Virus record (IMG/VR): IMGVR_UViG_3300038974_000417
Span: 1-64,000 of that record
DNA from: a virus
Lineage: Duplodnaviria > Caudoviricetes
Reading direction: 5' to 3' (one strand)
Length of the DNA stretch: 64,000 nt
How positions within the stretch are numbered: position 1 is the first letter of the stretch; every line of letters starts with the position of its first letter. The notes beneath the pieces are model-generated. The model was not told the origin of the DNA. It ran no database searches and saw only the letters and a program-made list of their open reading frames with translations. Position numbers and translations under genes: made by a program. Below are positions 17,352 to 27,694 of this stretch, piece after piece.

Positions 17352-18412
17352 TGAACAAATTTAAAATAAATGATATTGATATAGTAAATGATACTCCTTT
17401 TGATATGGTATCAGAAGGGGCATATAATATAGGAGTAGCAGTATTCGATACAGCTGATGCGGCAGAGGCAGCTGAATTGAATTTAGTAGCGAATGACGAG
17501 TTAGAAGCTGCTGAGAAGAAGGGCGGTCCGGCGTTAGATGTTGTAAATAGATATAAATGGACCTTAAATAGCAGCCCCGAAGCTAGAGCGTGTGCACCAT
17601 ATATTGATATTAATTTTTTAGAGATGAAAACCGGTCAGTTGGCTCAATTATTATCTCAGACAATTAATATGTTTACTGATCCATATGATGGTATGTATAA
17701 GCTTGAAGTAGTCAGGTCGTTGAGACTTCCATATATCAGTAATTATCACCATCAAAATATGAACAATTGGGAGCCTTTATCATTGGAAGCTATAGGTAAT
17801 ATGATGAGTGGAAATACTACTGGTGGTGCAGTTGGGGCAGCGGCTGCGGGTATAATTCAAGCGGGTCGAAGTTTAATTGCAGCAGCAGCCTTACCAGCTT
17901 ATAAGACTGAAACACCAAATGTTTGGAGAGATAGAAACGAAGAATCTGTAGTAGTAGATTTTAATCTTTATAATACAGATCCAGATGCATATAAACAAAA
18001 TAAGGAATTAGTGGATGAATTAATATATTGGACTTTGCCTAAAAAGTTAAAAGCAACTTTTGCTTTACCTCCAGTATTATGTGAATATCATATTCCTGGT
18101 ATTAGACGAGGACTTATAGCCAAGGTAGATTTGCATGTGGGCACTAAGGGTCAATCAGTAATGATTGGGGGAGAAAACGTACCTGATGCATATAATATAC
18201 AGCTTACTCTTGCTGATCTATTAATGCAGACCAAAAACATACATCCGCTATCCGGACCGACAGGATTAAACAGTAGTATACGAAGTAGTAGAGCTGTTAA
18301 TATATATCAAGGTTCACCTGGAGTATCAATTAGCGATGTTATAGATGCGGGGAAGGCGATGAAGACTAAGGTGGATAACATGTTAGGGAGGATAGGCAGT
18401 GAAGCAGAATGA
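17351..18412 (+). CDS. baseplate tail tube cap (gp48-like)
   Basis: TPNVW, VDFNLYN, FALPPVLC, IQLTLADL; synteny TMP-gp48-gp53. Confidence 0.55.
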   Translation: MNKFKINDIDIVNDTPFDMVSEGAYNIGVAVFDTADAAEAAELNLVANDELEAAEKKGGPALDVVNRYKWTLNSSPEARACAPYIDINFLEMKTGQLAQLLSQTINMFTDPYDGMYKLEVVRSLRLPYISNYHHQNMNNWEPLSLEAIGNMMSGNTTGGAVGAAAAGIIQAGRSLIAAAALPAYKTETPNVWRDRNEESVVVDFNLYNTDPDAYKQNKELVDELIYWTLPKKLKATFALPPVLCEYHIPGIRRGLIAKVDLHVGTKGQSVMIGGENVPDAYNIQLTLADLLMQTKNIHPLSGPTGLNSSIRSSRAVNIYQGSPGVSISDVIDAGKAMKTKVDNMLGRIGSEAE

Positions 18413-18752
18413 TATACCAGATTCATCAGTAACCCAGCTTCGATCGACTGAATTATCTAATATATTTAATGTATATTATAATGATGAAAATCGTTATATG
18501 TATAATTTGTTAAACTCTCTTTATATACCATCTCAGTTAAATAGGTTATTATATACTGCAGTGTATCCACTTCCTGGTGAGTATTTAACTCAATTTAGTT
18601 ATAGAATGTATAAGACTATTGATTTAGCTTGGTTAATTGCGGAGACCAATAAAATATATAATATGTTGGAACCTTTAAATCCTTCAGTTCCGCTTAGAGT
18701 ATTAAGTGATGAAGTAGTAAGGGATATATTGCTTCGTATTAAATTATTATAA
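18399..18752 (+). CDS. baseplate wedge protein (gp53/LysM-like)
   Basis: PGEYLTQFSYRMYKTIDLAWLIAETNKI. Confidence 0.65.
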   Translation: MKQNDIPDSSVTQLRSTELSNIFNVYYNDENRYMYNLLNSLYIPSQLNRLLYTAVYPLPGEYLTQFSYRMYKTIDLAWLIAETNKIYNMLEPLNPSVPLRVLSDEVVRDILLRIKLL

Positions 18753-18754
18753 TA

Positions 18755-20464
18755 ATGATAAGTAACTTACCATTTCCAAATGAGATACCGTCGGATGCTA
18801 TAAATCCACAAGTTCCCACGCTTGGAATAGATACTAATAAATTTACCGGGTTTATATCCACCAACACTGCAGGTGTAGTCCCTAAAGGAGTAGATATAGT
18901 TCAAGATTTACAAAGTATTGTTAATTCAGTTCCATCACCGAAGCAATTAGAAGATGGACAAACGGAATTATCTATTATGGAGAATACTCCAGCTGCTCAA
19001 TTTTTAGATAATCAATTATGGAAAATTTCTATATCCTTAACAAATTATTCTCCACCAGTTAAGCCTGTTTTTATACCAGGTAATTATATACATGAATTAG
19101 TACTTGAACATAATATTTTAGACCCCTGTTTTTGGAAGGGTAGTATGATTATTACAAGTAATCGGTTTGGAATATTGGAGGGAGAAAATCCGGAAGATAA
19201 TTTAAACCTTGAGATGTTATTTAGAGGTGATGGTAAAGATGAAGCATTAATTGAAATTGTTCCACTTTTTTCTGATAGTATAGAATTGCCTTCCGAGACG
19301 TGGCATATTAAATCTGATTTTATTATATATGATGTTGAGGATATACCGTGGAAAAATGGCGGTGGAATGGCTAAGAAATTATATTTTTGGCATAAAGCAT
19401 ATGCACTACTTACGGAGCGTGGCACTCCATTCAGTACTGCTAAGCATGTTGATGTAGTTAATTTGCGGCGAGCTACCAATGAAGATCGAATGCTCCCCGT
19501 AGGAAGAGCTATTAAACACCTATTGGAAGATAGTAACTTGAAGCAATATATTGATTACGATGAATGGGATGATGGATCATCCAATAGTAAGATTTTTTAT
19601 AGTTCATTCGCGGGTAGTTGTGCACTAGAAAGTCTTCAAGATTTACTTTTGCGATATGTTAGTTCTGATGGTGGGCCTGGTTTATTGTACTTTAATAGAG
19701 GTAAGAATAAATTTCAATTAATTGGTCTTAAAAAGTTTTTTGAAAAAGCTGGTATGTCTGATCCAGGAGAGTATTATTATGAAACCTTTATGTTAGGTAC
19801 TGGTGATTCAGGAACTATGGATACAAATATTACTCCCAATAAAACACCTACTATAACTCAATCTAAATATGATCACGCTAACGTATTAAAGAAATATAAT
19901 ATTATAAGAGACAATAGCTATATTATTACCGAATCATCAGGGGCGGATAGTATGGAGTCTTTTATATCTCATATGATACATACTTATAATCATGGAGATA
20001 AATTATTTAGTGTATTGTATAAGGATTCAGAAATAAAGAACCATAAAAAACTATTTAAGAAAAAATATACCGATAAACTATTACCTGGTGTACGCGGTCA
20101 GCCTTTAATACTATTAAATTCGGCTAAAAAGAATCAATCACGTGTGTCGCAGAGGTTTGTATCATCTATTAATTTGACTACTGATATAATTAATAAAGTG
20201 GGTAGCAATTACCTAGTACTATGTACACTATTTTTAAATATGGGTATAAATTTTAAGGTTCAAGGTAGTACTCATAGACACGCAGGAAGATTCATAGGTA
20301 TAGAAAAAAATAAAAATTCTGATAATAAGTATGATCATCGAATGCTGGGACAGTGGTTTACTACCGCAGTTATTACAAGGTGGAGAGATAACCAATTATA
20401 TAATGAAATAGTTGCTAATAAGGTTAATAGTTTTAGTGATTTAAGGTTTAATGAGGAAGTATAA
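18755..20464 (+). CDS. baseplate hub protein (gp27-like)
   Basis: 569 aa before gp5-like gene; C-terminal VQGSTHRHAGRFIGI, LGQWFTTAV hub motifs. Confidence 0.6.
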   Translation: MISNLPFPNEIPSDAINPQVPTLGIDTNKFTGFISTNTAGVVPKGVDIVQDLQSIVNSVPSPKQLEDGQTELSIMENTPAAQFLDNQLWKISISLTNYSPPVKPVFIPGNYIHELVLEHNILDPCFWKGSMIITSNRFGILEGENPEDNLNLEMLFRGDGKDEALIEIVPLFSDSIELPSETWHIKSDFIIYDVEDIPWKNGGGMAKKLYFWHKAYALLTERGTPFSTAKHVDVVNLRRATNEDRMLPVGRAIKHLLEDSNLKQYIDYDEWDDGSSNSKIFYSSFAGSCALESLQDLLLRYVSSDGGPGLLYFNRGKNKFQLIGLKKFFEKAGMSDPGEYYYETFMLGTGDSGTMDTNITPNKTPTITQSKYDHANVLKKYNIIRDNSYIITESSGADSMESFISHMIHTYNHGDKLFSVLYKDSEIKNHKKLFKKKYTDKLLPGVRGQPLILLNSAKKNQSRVSQRFVSSINLTTDIINKVGSNYLVLCTLFLNMGINFKVQGSTHRHAGRFIGIEKNKNSDNKYDHRMLGQWFTTAVITRWRDNQLYNEIVANKVNSFSDLRFNEEV

Positions 20465-21771
20465 TGCAAACTATAAGAGATAAGATATCCTTTGAGAGTA
20501 TTAAGAGCTCTGCATTAAAACAGGTTGGTGAAATTGGAGATACTGCTGCTACCTCGTTTTTATCAACTGCCCAACAAGCGATATCTACTGTAATTGTTAA
20601 TCCTATTTTAAATACTATATCTAATATTAAAAGATTAATTGGAGCGGCAAAGAGTGAAATTAATAGTCTGATAAGTAGAATAATTGGAGATAAAAATCAA
20701 ATTTTAGATCCTGATCGCGACAACATTTTAGATGTAACCTCTAAGATACCTGATGTTCTTGTGCCGGATATTGGTAATATTGGAGACATGAAGTCTATTC
20801 TTGCGGGTATATTGACTCAGGCTAGTACGTTGGATTCATCAGCTATTAATCAACTAAATCAAATGTTTACTACTATTATGGATAATAAAGTAGTTAATAA
20901 TAGTGATGAGGACGAGCCTTTGACACCTGTTGATGTAGTAACTGATGTAGTGCAAGGAATGCCAGATTTGAATGAGTCTATTGTGACTAATAATCAGGGT
21001 GTATTAAATGCTAAAATTTTAAAGCAAAATTCTCAACTACCTGACATTAATACTCAAATTAACACATACAATGAATTAGAGGGTACTACCGTTGGGGAAA
21101 CTATGTTTGTGAGAGGTAAGCTTAAGTCTCTAGTAACAAGTGGAGATTTATATCAAAATTCTATAGATTCGAAATATATAGGCGATGTATCTAATGTAGT
21201 TGGGTTGGCTACATTAGGTCATACTATTGATACAATGTCTCTTGATCCTGAGGACTGGGGAGCAAGTGATGGGTCAACTGATGTATTAAGGGCAGGGCCG
21301 GCTAATTTATTACCATTAGTGTCTAAGTATAAATTAAAGCGTAATATTATAGAACAATTTGAATCATCATACAATCAGTTGAATAATAAAATGTATAACA
21401 ATTTATATAGAGATCGAAGAACATCTAATAGTGAACCGCAGGATTATCCAATTGCTCGTTATAGTGATGTGGATAAATATGGCATTAATATGGCTACTGT
21501 GAGCCATACAAATATGGGAGATTATAGTAGTATTGGTTTTGCTAAAAAGATTAATACATCTGAGGATGAATTAAATAGTGCTAAAGATGTTGTGGGTGTA
21601 GAGCTTATGCCGTTGATTGGCTATCTATATAATGTAAATAATTTTAATACTATAACGGAAAAGCCAATATATAAAGTTAATATACAGGGAACAGAAATTT
21701 TAGTTGATTCGCGTGGGTCTAGATTTTTGCTTCCCGCTTCAAGGCCGGATGATACAGCTGTAACAATATGA
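20464..21771 (+). CDS. hypothetical structural protein
   Basis: 435-aa ORF coupled within the baseplate operon. Confidence 0.55.
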   Translation: MQTIRDKISFESIKSSALKQVGEIGDTAATSFLSTAQQAISTVIVNPILNTISNIKRLIGAAKSEINSLISRIIGDKNQILDPDRDNILDVTSKIPDVLVPDIGNIGDMKSILAGILTQASTLDSSAINQLNQMFTTIMDNKVVNNSDEDEPLTPVDVVTDVVQGMPDLNESIVTNNQGVLNAKILKQNSQLPDINTQINTYNELEGTTVGETMFVRGKLKSLVTSGDLYQNSIDSKYIGDVSNVVGLATLGHTIDTMSLDPEDWGASDGSTDVLRAGPANLLPLVSKYKLKRNIIEQFESSYNQLNNKMYNNLYRDRRTSNSEPQDYPIARYSDVDKYGINMATVSHTNMGDYSSIGFAKKINTSEDELNSAKDVVGVELMPLIGYLYNVNNFNTITEKPIYKVNIQGTEILVDSRGSRFLLPASRPDDTAVTI

Positions 21772-24629
21772 TAAACAATAATCAATTATATGGTAACTAT
21801 GTTGGACTAGTTATTCAAAACGACGATCCTGAAAAACGAGGAAGAGTTAAGGTATTTGTACCTCATATTAATTATAGATCTTATAAGGGATGGACCGAAA
21901 TTGAGGCTGATAAGTTTTTTAATAATCTCGAGGATCCAGACGTATCAAATATATTAGCTGAATTGAGAGAGGTGCTGCCGTGGGCGGAGGTAGCTGGACC
22001 GTTGTTTGGTGGAAATGCATCGGGGAGATATAATGGGGTTAAGCGTAGAGTATATACGAGTAATTCTAATCGTTGGTTAGGGGATGACTTATTACAGGGA
22101 AATCGACCTGCTGCATCATATACAGGTGCTGGTAATGTTCATGATGGATTTAATGATGCTGGAAAAACCGGTATATTAAATCCGTATACTTTTGAATATG
22201 ACCCGTCTGATTATAGTAGTTTGGCCGCTGGTATGTTTACTATACCGAATGTCGGTGCACATGTATGGATCTTTTTTGAAAATGGTGATCACAATTGTCC
22301 TGTTTATTGGGCTAGTAGCTATAGTCAGTCTGATTATAAAAGAATATATACTACTGTTAAATTTACAGATAAAACATTATCCACTCTAGGTTCAGATGCT
22401 CTTAATAAAGCAGATGTAAGTGTGGATTATCCTAGCGAATATGAGAATAGTGATTTATCTGTTTTAACATCAGAGGCAAAAACATTTAGAGCAAAACATG
22501 TAATTAATACTAATAAAAATGTAATTGAACTAATTGATACTGATAATAGAGAGATGATTAAGCTTACTCATTTCTCTGGAAGTTTTAAGGAGTGGAATAA
22601 TTATACTACTTCAGAGTTTGCTGCAAATAATGATCAACAACTCGTTATGGGTGATCGATTTGAAACAGTAAGAAAGAGTAAAAATACATATGTAGTTGGT
22701 AACAATAGGCTTTTTATAGACGGGGATAATATTAAAAGAGTAGGTGATAGTACCTATGATGATGTAAAGAATATCGGAGATATATTATTTAAAATTAATG
22801 AATATAAGCAACTATTTGATACATGTAGGGTGGGGAGATTTATTTATCAAAGAACTTCAGGTCTACAAAGTTTATTAGATATAACGGGCGTAAATTCTCT
22901 GAGTCCGCATCAAGAGCAGAAGCCTAAGTTTGAAGGTATTAAGAGTTATGATGGTGTTCAATATAATAATGGTTTTGTGAGATGTTCAATTTGTAAAAAT
23001 ACTCCATATTCGGTCAATCCTACTAATTGGTCACTATCATATAAGGCTATTCCTGGTGAAGGTAATACCATGATATATGAGCCTATAATGCCTGAAGAGA
23101 TACCGTTATATAAAGATCTAGTAGCATTATCTAGTAGAACAGCTTTTGGCGACACCCCACCAGGAGTAGGCTTCTATGCTGGAGCTAAGTGCGATATATG
23201 TAATTCAGACTATCTTAATATTCAGTTAAGGCGTCCAGGATTCAGTACTTCTACTGAGCATGGATTGTTTGAATATGAAGAAGCTAAGCAGCGCGGTGGA
23301 GACATGTTTACATATTACGTGTCTATTCGTGACAATCTAAATAAACTATTAGCGTCGTGTGCTGGTGGAGATGAAATAATCGAGATTCATAAAAATAAAA
23401 TTGAATCAGTTGGGTTGGTGATGAATACCTCTGCGTCTTGTAGGGTTGATCCTATTGGTAAGTTGAGAGCCGAGTCGGTCTTTGTTGCACCGGAGGATGT
23501 TTATGTAGCTGGTAAGCCTAGTCCTCATGTTGAGCCAGTAGATGTAGTGGAGGTGCCGGGTGGTAGTTATGTGCTTACAGCGACCAATAAATACAAGCTT
23601 ATAGTAGGAGCTAAAGGAGTAAATATAAAGACCTTTGGACCTATTGATATGTATGGGTCGATTGTTAATTTTACTGGAGAACAAATTAATATTAGTTCTC
23701 AAAACGAAATTAATTTTGATGCAGGAGAAAAGTGTTTAATAAGAGCGCGGAAAACTACTATTGTAAGTAAGGATCATGAACCCGTATTAATAGAAAGCCC
23801 TTTGCATATATCTAGAAATCTTATTACTCGTGGTGGGTCCTATACTAATGGTGAAGTTGGGTTATTACATGTTACTACTTTGAGGGAATTTGGAGTAACA
23901 TCGGGTCCTATATCAAATGAAGTCGGTGGATTACCGGCGGCAGAGGGGGGAATGGAGGTGGCTGTTAATACAGGGACTGTGGAGTCCAGGACGGCTAAGG
24001 ATATTACGGATTCTGTTGCTAAGGCTTCTGAGGATTCAGGTGGAGCGGATATGGCGTGGCTAGCTAGTCATGTTCATTTATACGAAAGAATTCCCACCAC
24101 ATTTTTTAATTCTGCGGAGGAAGTAAGAGCATACTTGAATGATCCGAGTAATGGTCTTGGTGCAACTATTAATAGTAGAAATAATATGCTGGCAGCAGCT
24201 GCTGTAAGTCCATTTACCGGGCCATATTCTGAAATTGTTAAAGAGGCGTTGGATACGTTACAGTTTGATATTAAGGTTGATGCACTAATTAGATTATACT
24301 ATATAAGCGGTCCAGGATCAGGTACTGTGCTTCCACCGTCGGTTCCACCGCCGATGATATCTAAATATTCAATAATAAATGCAACCGTATTAGATGGTAA
24401 TTTTGTTAAAGCGTTAATACATAAAACTTATACTGTTGTTTCAGCTGCAACCAAAAAGCCTGTAATGGTAATTTTAAAAATAATGGTATCAGTACCGGTT
24501 GATAGAATTAGTGAAGGAGATAATACTGGTGGTCAATTGTATGAGTGGAATGGAGGGCCTTATATACCTGTACTAATGCCAAGTGAACCGGTTGGTGAGC
24601 CATGTGTACCTACAGCAGGTATTTTTTAA
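21768..24629 (+). CDS. gp5: baseplate spike, gp5/VgrG-like (OB fold, beta-helix), no recognisable lysozyme domain
   Basis: DDPEKRGRVKVFVP, LPWA, IPNVGAHVWIFFENGD; SHVH motif near aa 765. Confidence 0.8.
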   Translation: MINNNQLYGNYVGLVIQNDDPEKRGRVKVFVPHINYRSYKGWTEIEADKFFNNLEDPDVSNILAELREVLPWAEVAGPLFGGNASGRYNGVKRRVYTSNSNRWLGDDLLQGNRPAASYTGAGNVHDGFNDAGKTGILNPYTFEYDPSDYSSLAAGMFTIPNVGAHVWIFFENGDHNCPVYWASSYSQSDYKRIYTTVKFTDKTLSTLGSDALNKADVSVDYPSEYENSDLSVLTSEAKTFRAKHVINTNKNVIELIDTDNREMIKLTHFSGSFKEWNNYTTSEFAANNDQQLVMGDRFETVRKSKNTYVVGNNRLFIDGDNIKRVGDSTYDDVKNIGDILFKINEYKQLFDTCRVGRFIYQRTSGLQSLLDITGVNSLSPHQEQKPKFEGIKSYDGVQYNNGFVRCSICKNTPYSVNPTNWSLSYKAIPGEGNTMIYEPIMPEEIPLYKDLVALSSRTAFGDTPPGVGFYAGAKCDICNSDYLNIQLRRPGFSTSTEHGLFEYEEAKQRGGDMFTYYVSIRDNLNKLLASCAGGDEIIEIHKNKIESVGLVMNTSASCRVDPIGKLRAESVFVAPEDVYVAGKPSPHVEPVDVVEVPGGSYVLTATNKYKLIVGAKGVNIKTFGPIDMYGSIVNFTGEQINISSQNEINFDAGEKCLIRARKTTIVSKDHEPVLIESPLHISRNLITRGGSYTNGEVGLLHVTTLREFGVTSGPISNEVGGLPAAEGGMEVAVNTGTVESRTAKDITDSVAKASEDSGGADMAWLASHVHLYERIPTTFFNSAEEVRAYLNDPSNGLGATINSRNNMLAAAAVSPFTGPYSEIVKEALDTLQFDIKVDALIRLYYISGPGSGTVLPPSVPPPMISKYSIINATVLDGNFVKALIHKTYTVVSAATKKPVMVILKIMVSVPVDRISEGDNTGGQLYEWNGGPYIPVLMPSEPVGEPCVPTAGIF

Positions 24630-24631
24630 TT

Positions 24632-25639
24632 ATGAAGATTATAGAACATTTTAATAATAGTATAGAGAATAAAATAGAATTGTCGTTTATTCCTATTGTT
24701 AATTCTATGTCTCTTATGGTACGTGGTATATATCAGATAAATGGCATTGATTATGTTATTAATAATAAGGTGGTAGAATATATTGGAAGTGATTTATTTA
24801 CTGATATTAACGTTGAATATGAGTATATAACTTCTTTATCAATACCCGATCGTAGTAACTATGATGAACCACAATCACCCAGTGGATCTAATGTTGTTGT
24901 ATTGTCAGATGATAAAGAGAGAGAATATAGAACTATTAATAAAATATTGGATGATATTCAGGTTACATCAAATCCATATTCTCCATTATTAATTTCATTA
25001 CTAACTACGTCAAATGTAAACACTAAGCCTGCAAGACCACCAATTCCTCCAGATCTATGTGAGTATATACCAGAGAATTTATCGTTGTATGATTCTGATA
25101 ATTTACCCGCTGTGCCGGGTGTAGAATGGATTGATACCTTGAGTTCTAATATTGAGGGAGTATCCTCTTCGTTTTTTCCGGCAGATCAATGTATTGAACA
25201 ATATGCCGAAAACGGGGTATATGCTCAGCCCGGTGATTTGAATTATGCAAAGTGCGGAGATTTTAATGAGATTGAGGATCTATATAGTGCTGACTGGGTA
25301 GCTGCGGCGATGTTTAATTCTGCGGCAGGTATTAATCCTGTTGCAGCGTGTGAGGGTGGATCTCTGGGATCTCCATACGGTCAGTTTTTATGGAAGCCCA
25401 TAGGTGAACATAGTGGTAATTTGGTAATTTTAATACCACCGGAGCTAACTCCAGGTGGTACTTGTACTGCTAATGGTGAATCGTTAACATATACTGGAGT
25501 GGGTAACGGTGGTAGATCTCATTTTAGGGGTAACAGACCGGGAGCTGCATACGGAACTAATGTTAAGGTATCCTTTAGAGGAGGTAAGGGGTCATATACT
25601 TGGACGATTCCAGATGGGGCGTGTAGATATAACGGATGA
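24632..25639 (+). CDS. hypothetical structural protein, Gly-rich C-terminal domain
   Basis: ATG 24632 right after gp5 stop; FLWKPIGEHSGNLVILIP beta-rich tail. Confidence 0.55.
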   Translation: MKIIEHFNNSIENKIELSFIPIVNSMSLMVRGIYQINGIDYVINNKVVEYIGSDLFTDINVEYEYITSLSIPDRSNYDEPQSPSGSNVVVLSDDKEREYRTINKILDDIQVTSNPYSPLLISLLTTSNVNTKPARPPIPPDLCEYIPENLSLYDSDNLPAVPGVEWIDTLSSNIEGVSSSFFPADQCIEQYAENGVYAQPGDLNYAKCGDFNEIEDLYSADWVAAAMFNSAAGINPVAACEGGSLGSPYGQFLWKPIGEHSGNLVILIPPELTPGGTCTANGESLTYTGVGNGGRSHFRGNRPGAAYGTNVKVSFRGGKGSYTWTIPDGACRYNG

Positions 25640-25978
25640 TTAATTTAATCCGTTATATTTTTTACTTTTAATTGATATTAAATAATCAGTATAAAGCTGT
25701 TCTAAGCTATCGGCGTCTTTAGGTGATCGAGTATGAGATATAGCTATTCTAGCACCATCAATAGCATGACCTAATATAATAAAATCTTCCAAAAATTCAC
25801 TTATAAAGCTCTCCATATTAATTAATGAGTTTAATTGTTCATTATTAATTTCTTTGACAAGTTGTAGCTTTTTATAATCTTCATTAATTAGTCCCGACGG
25901 CATTGGGGACTCAGTTGATTTTAGTTTATCTGAGTTCTTACTTGTCTTTTTCTGATATTTGCGTGGTGTTGGCTCCAT
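25640..25978 (-). CDS. hypothetical protein
   Basis: 112 aa; GTAAATA late motif at 25984-25990 on minus strand. Confidence 0.55.
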   Translation of the reverse strand: MEPTPRKYQKKTSKNSDKLKSTESPMPSGLINEDYKKLQLVKEINNEQLNSLINMESFISEFLEDFIILGHAIDGARIAISHTRSPKDADSLEQLYTDYLISIKSKKYNGLN

Positions 25979-25990
25979 AAGTATATTTAC

Positions 25991-26038
25991 ACTCTTTAGC
26001 TGAGAAAGCTAGGATGGCTTAGCCACCTAGTAGTTCAC
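25991..26038 (+). mobile_element. 48-bp single-hairpin IS200/IS605-type unit (D)
   Basis: TTAC|actctttagctgagAAAG ctagg-a-tggc-tta-gcca-cctag tagttcac. Confidence 0.75.
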
Positions 26039-26358
26039 TCTATTTTATTCATTTTCAACGAACTACCGGTAATATTTAATTTCGTTAAATAATTGGTAAT
26101 GACTTCTATGCTACTAGTTTGAATTATTAGTTTGCTTGGAATAAACTGACCACCATCATATAATTCAAAAAATGAATCACCGATTTCGTCCTTGTTGACA
26201 TAGCACGTACAAAATATACTGGCATTGCCCGGATCGATTATAATTGTCCATATTCTAGAATCTCGTTGATTAAAATTTTTATATACTTCTATACAATTAT
26301 ATCCACAATCTCTCAACCTCTTGCGAAAATATCCTAAAGTTGTGAGTTTATTGGCCAT
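26035..26358 (-). CDS. hypothetical protein
   Basis: 107 aa downstream of clamp; its TGA stop is supplied by element D. Confidence 0.6.
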   Translation of the reverse strand: MANKLTTLGYFRKRLRDCGYNCIEVYKNFNQRDSRIWTIIIDPGNASIFCTCYVNKDEIGDSFFELYDGGQFIPSKLIIQTSSIEVITNYLTKLNITGSSLKMNKIE

Positions 26359-26359
26359 A

Positions 26360-27085
26360 TTATTTTACTAAACCGGATATAATATACTTTAATTTACACA
26401 TATTGGTATCAATTTGGAATAATAATATTTTTAAATCAGTATGAATGCTAACTACTACTTCCTCGCTTTTACCTAAGTGGAGTAATTTAAACGTATTAAT
26501 GTTAATAGGTAATTCAGTCTTTAGGCTATCACCCTGGAACACATCGGAGACCTTGAATCCGATATTATCTGATTGTGGTATGGTATAGTCTGTTAAATTA
26601 ACGTATACTGCATTATCTTTAGTATAAAAATATAGTTTATTAGTCTCCGTTGCAAAGCTGGTGGCTCTTAATATTTTCTGTACACTATTGGAGTTGAGTG
26701 TAAATGAAGTGTTAAACGTGAGGTTATTTATTTTATTTATATCTATAGTGTGTCGTTGTATTATTCCAGACTGAAGGAGATGATATTTAAATATAACATC
26801 ATCCGTTTCATATGATATGTAGCCTGGAGATAAGTTAAACTCTACTTCATCTTGATCAACACAATCGAGAGCTCTCATTAATTTTTTTATATCACCAATG
26901 TTTAGATCTATATTTTCTGATGATACTATTGGAGATGAAATATATAAAATTATATTATTTTCTGTATTGTTAACTATACTAGTAATTCCCTCCGGAGATA
27001 TTGATACTACAGCTCTTTCAACTAAAGTACTAATAGGAGATAGTATATTTTGAATAAAGGTAGATTTTTTTAATTTAAATTTCAT
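26360..27085 (-). CDS. gp45: sliding clamp
   Basis: 241 aa with clamp-like duplicated pattern (FSYHL-type FKYHLL, KYIISGL end); replication cluster. Confidence 0.75.
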   Translation of the reverse strand: MKFKLKKSTFIQNILSPISTLVERAVVSISPEGITSIVNNTENNIILYISSPIVSSENIDLNIGDIKKLMRALDCVDQDEVEFNLSPGYISYETDDVIFKYHLLQSGIIQRHTIDINKINNLTFNTSFTLNSNSVQKILRATSFATETNKLYFYTKDNAVYVNLTDYTIPQSDNIGFKVSDVFQGDSLKTELPININTFKLLHLGKSEEVVVSIHTDLKILLFQIDTNMCKLKYIISGLVK

Positions 27086-27086
27086 A

Positions 27087-27269
27087 TCATATCATATTCT
27101 TGGAGAATTTTGTGTTCATATATGTTTGAACCATTTTAGTTTCTAGTCTATTTATACCATTTGAAATCTCATTGATCTGCTTTCGCATTTCTTTGATATG
27201 TTGCTGAATTTCTTTGGTTTGCTTTCCTATATCATCTAAATCAGATTTAAATTGTTTTAATTCATTCAT
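27087..27269 (-). CDS. small coiled-coil protein
   Basis: heptad pattern, 60 aa, tightly packed. Confidence 0.5.
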   Translation of the reverse strand: MNELKQFKSDLDDIGKQTKEIQQHIKEMRKQINEISNGINRLETKMVQTYMNTKFSKNMI

Positions 27270-27276
27270 TTTAATA

Positions 27277-27669
27277 TTATTCTACATACTTGCTAGTTTT
27301 GTTGTTAAAATATTTTTGCATGCTAGTCATTTTTTTGTTTATTTTACTTAGACTGGATGCTATATCAGCCATATATTTAATAATATCATCAATGTAATTA
27401 GTGGGTACTAATGTTGGTTGAGCAGGTGGTGGACTTGGTATAGCTGTAGGGTGGTTTGGGGATGCTGAGGTAGATGGAGATATCTGAGGTGAGAGAGCCT
27501 CGGTGGGAGGCGAGTTACGCTTCACCACCGAGGGAGTATTGACAAATTTTTTAACATCTATACGATTAGCGGGTCCGGACGATGTAGGGGTCAACATTGA
27601 TTTATCTACCTTATTAAGGTTAGAACTTACCATTGCCGCCAATTGTGTTATTTCATCAATACTATTCAT
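27277..27669 (-). CDS. hypothetical Pro/Ser-rich protein
   Basis: 130 aa; GGAG SD upstream. Confidence 0.55.
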   Translation of the reverse strand: MNSIDEITQLAAMVSSNLNKVDKSMLTPTSSGPANRIDVKKFVNTPSVVKRNSPPTEALSPQISPSTSASPNHPTAIPSPPPAQPTLVPTNYIDDIIKYMADIASSLSKINKKMTSMQKYFNNKTSKYVE

Positions 27670-27694
27670 GATATTACACTCCTTCTGTAATAGA

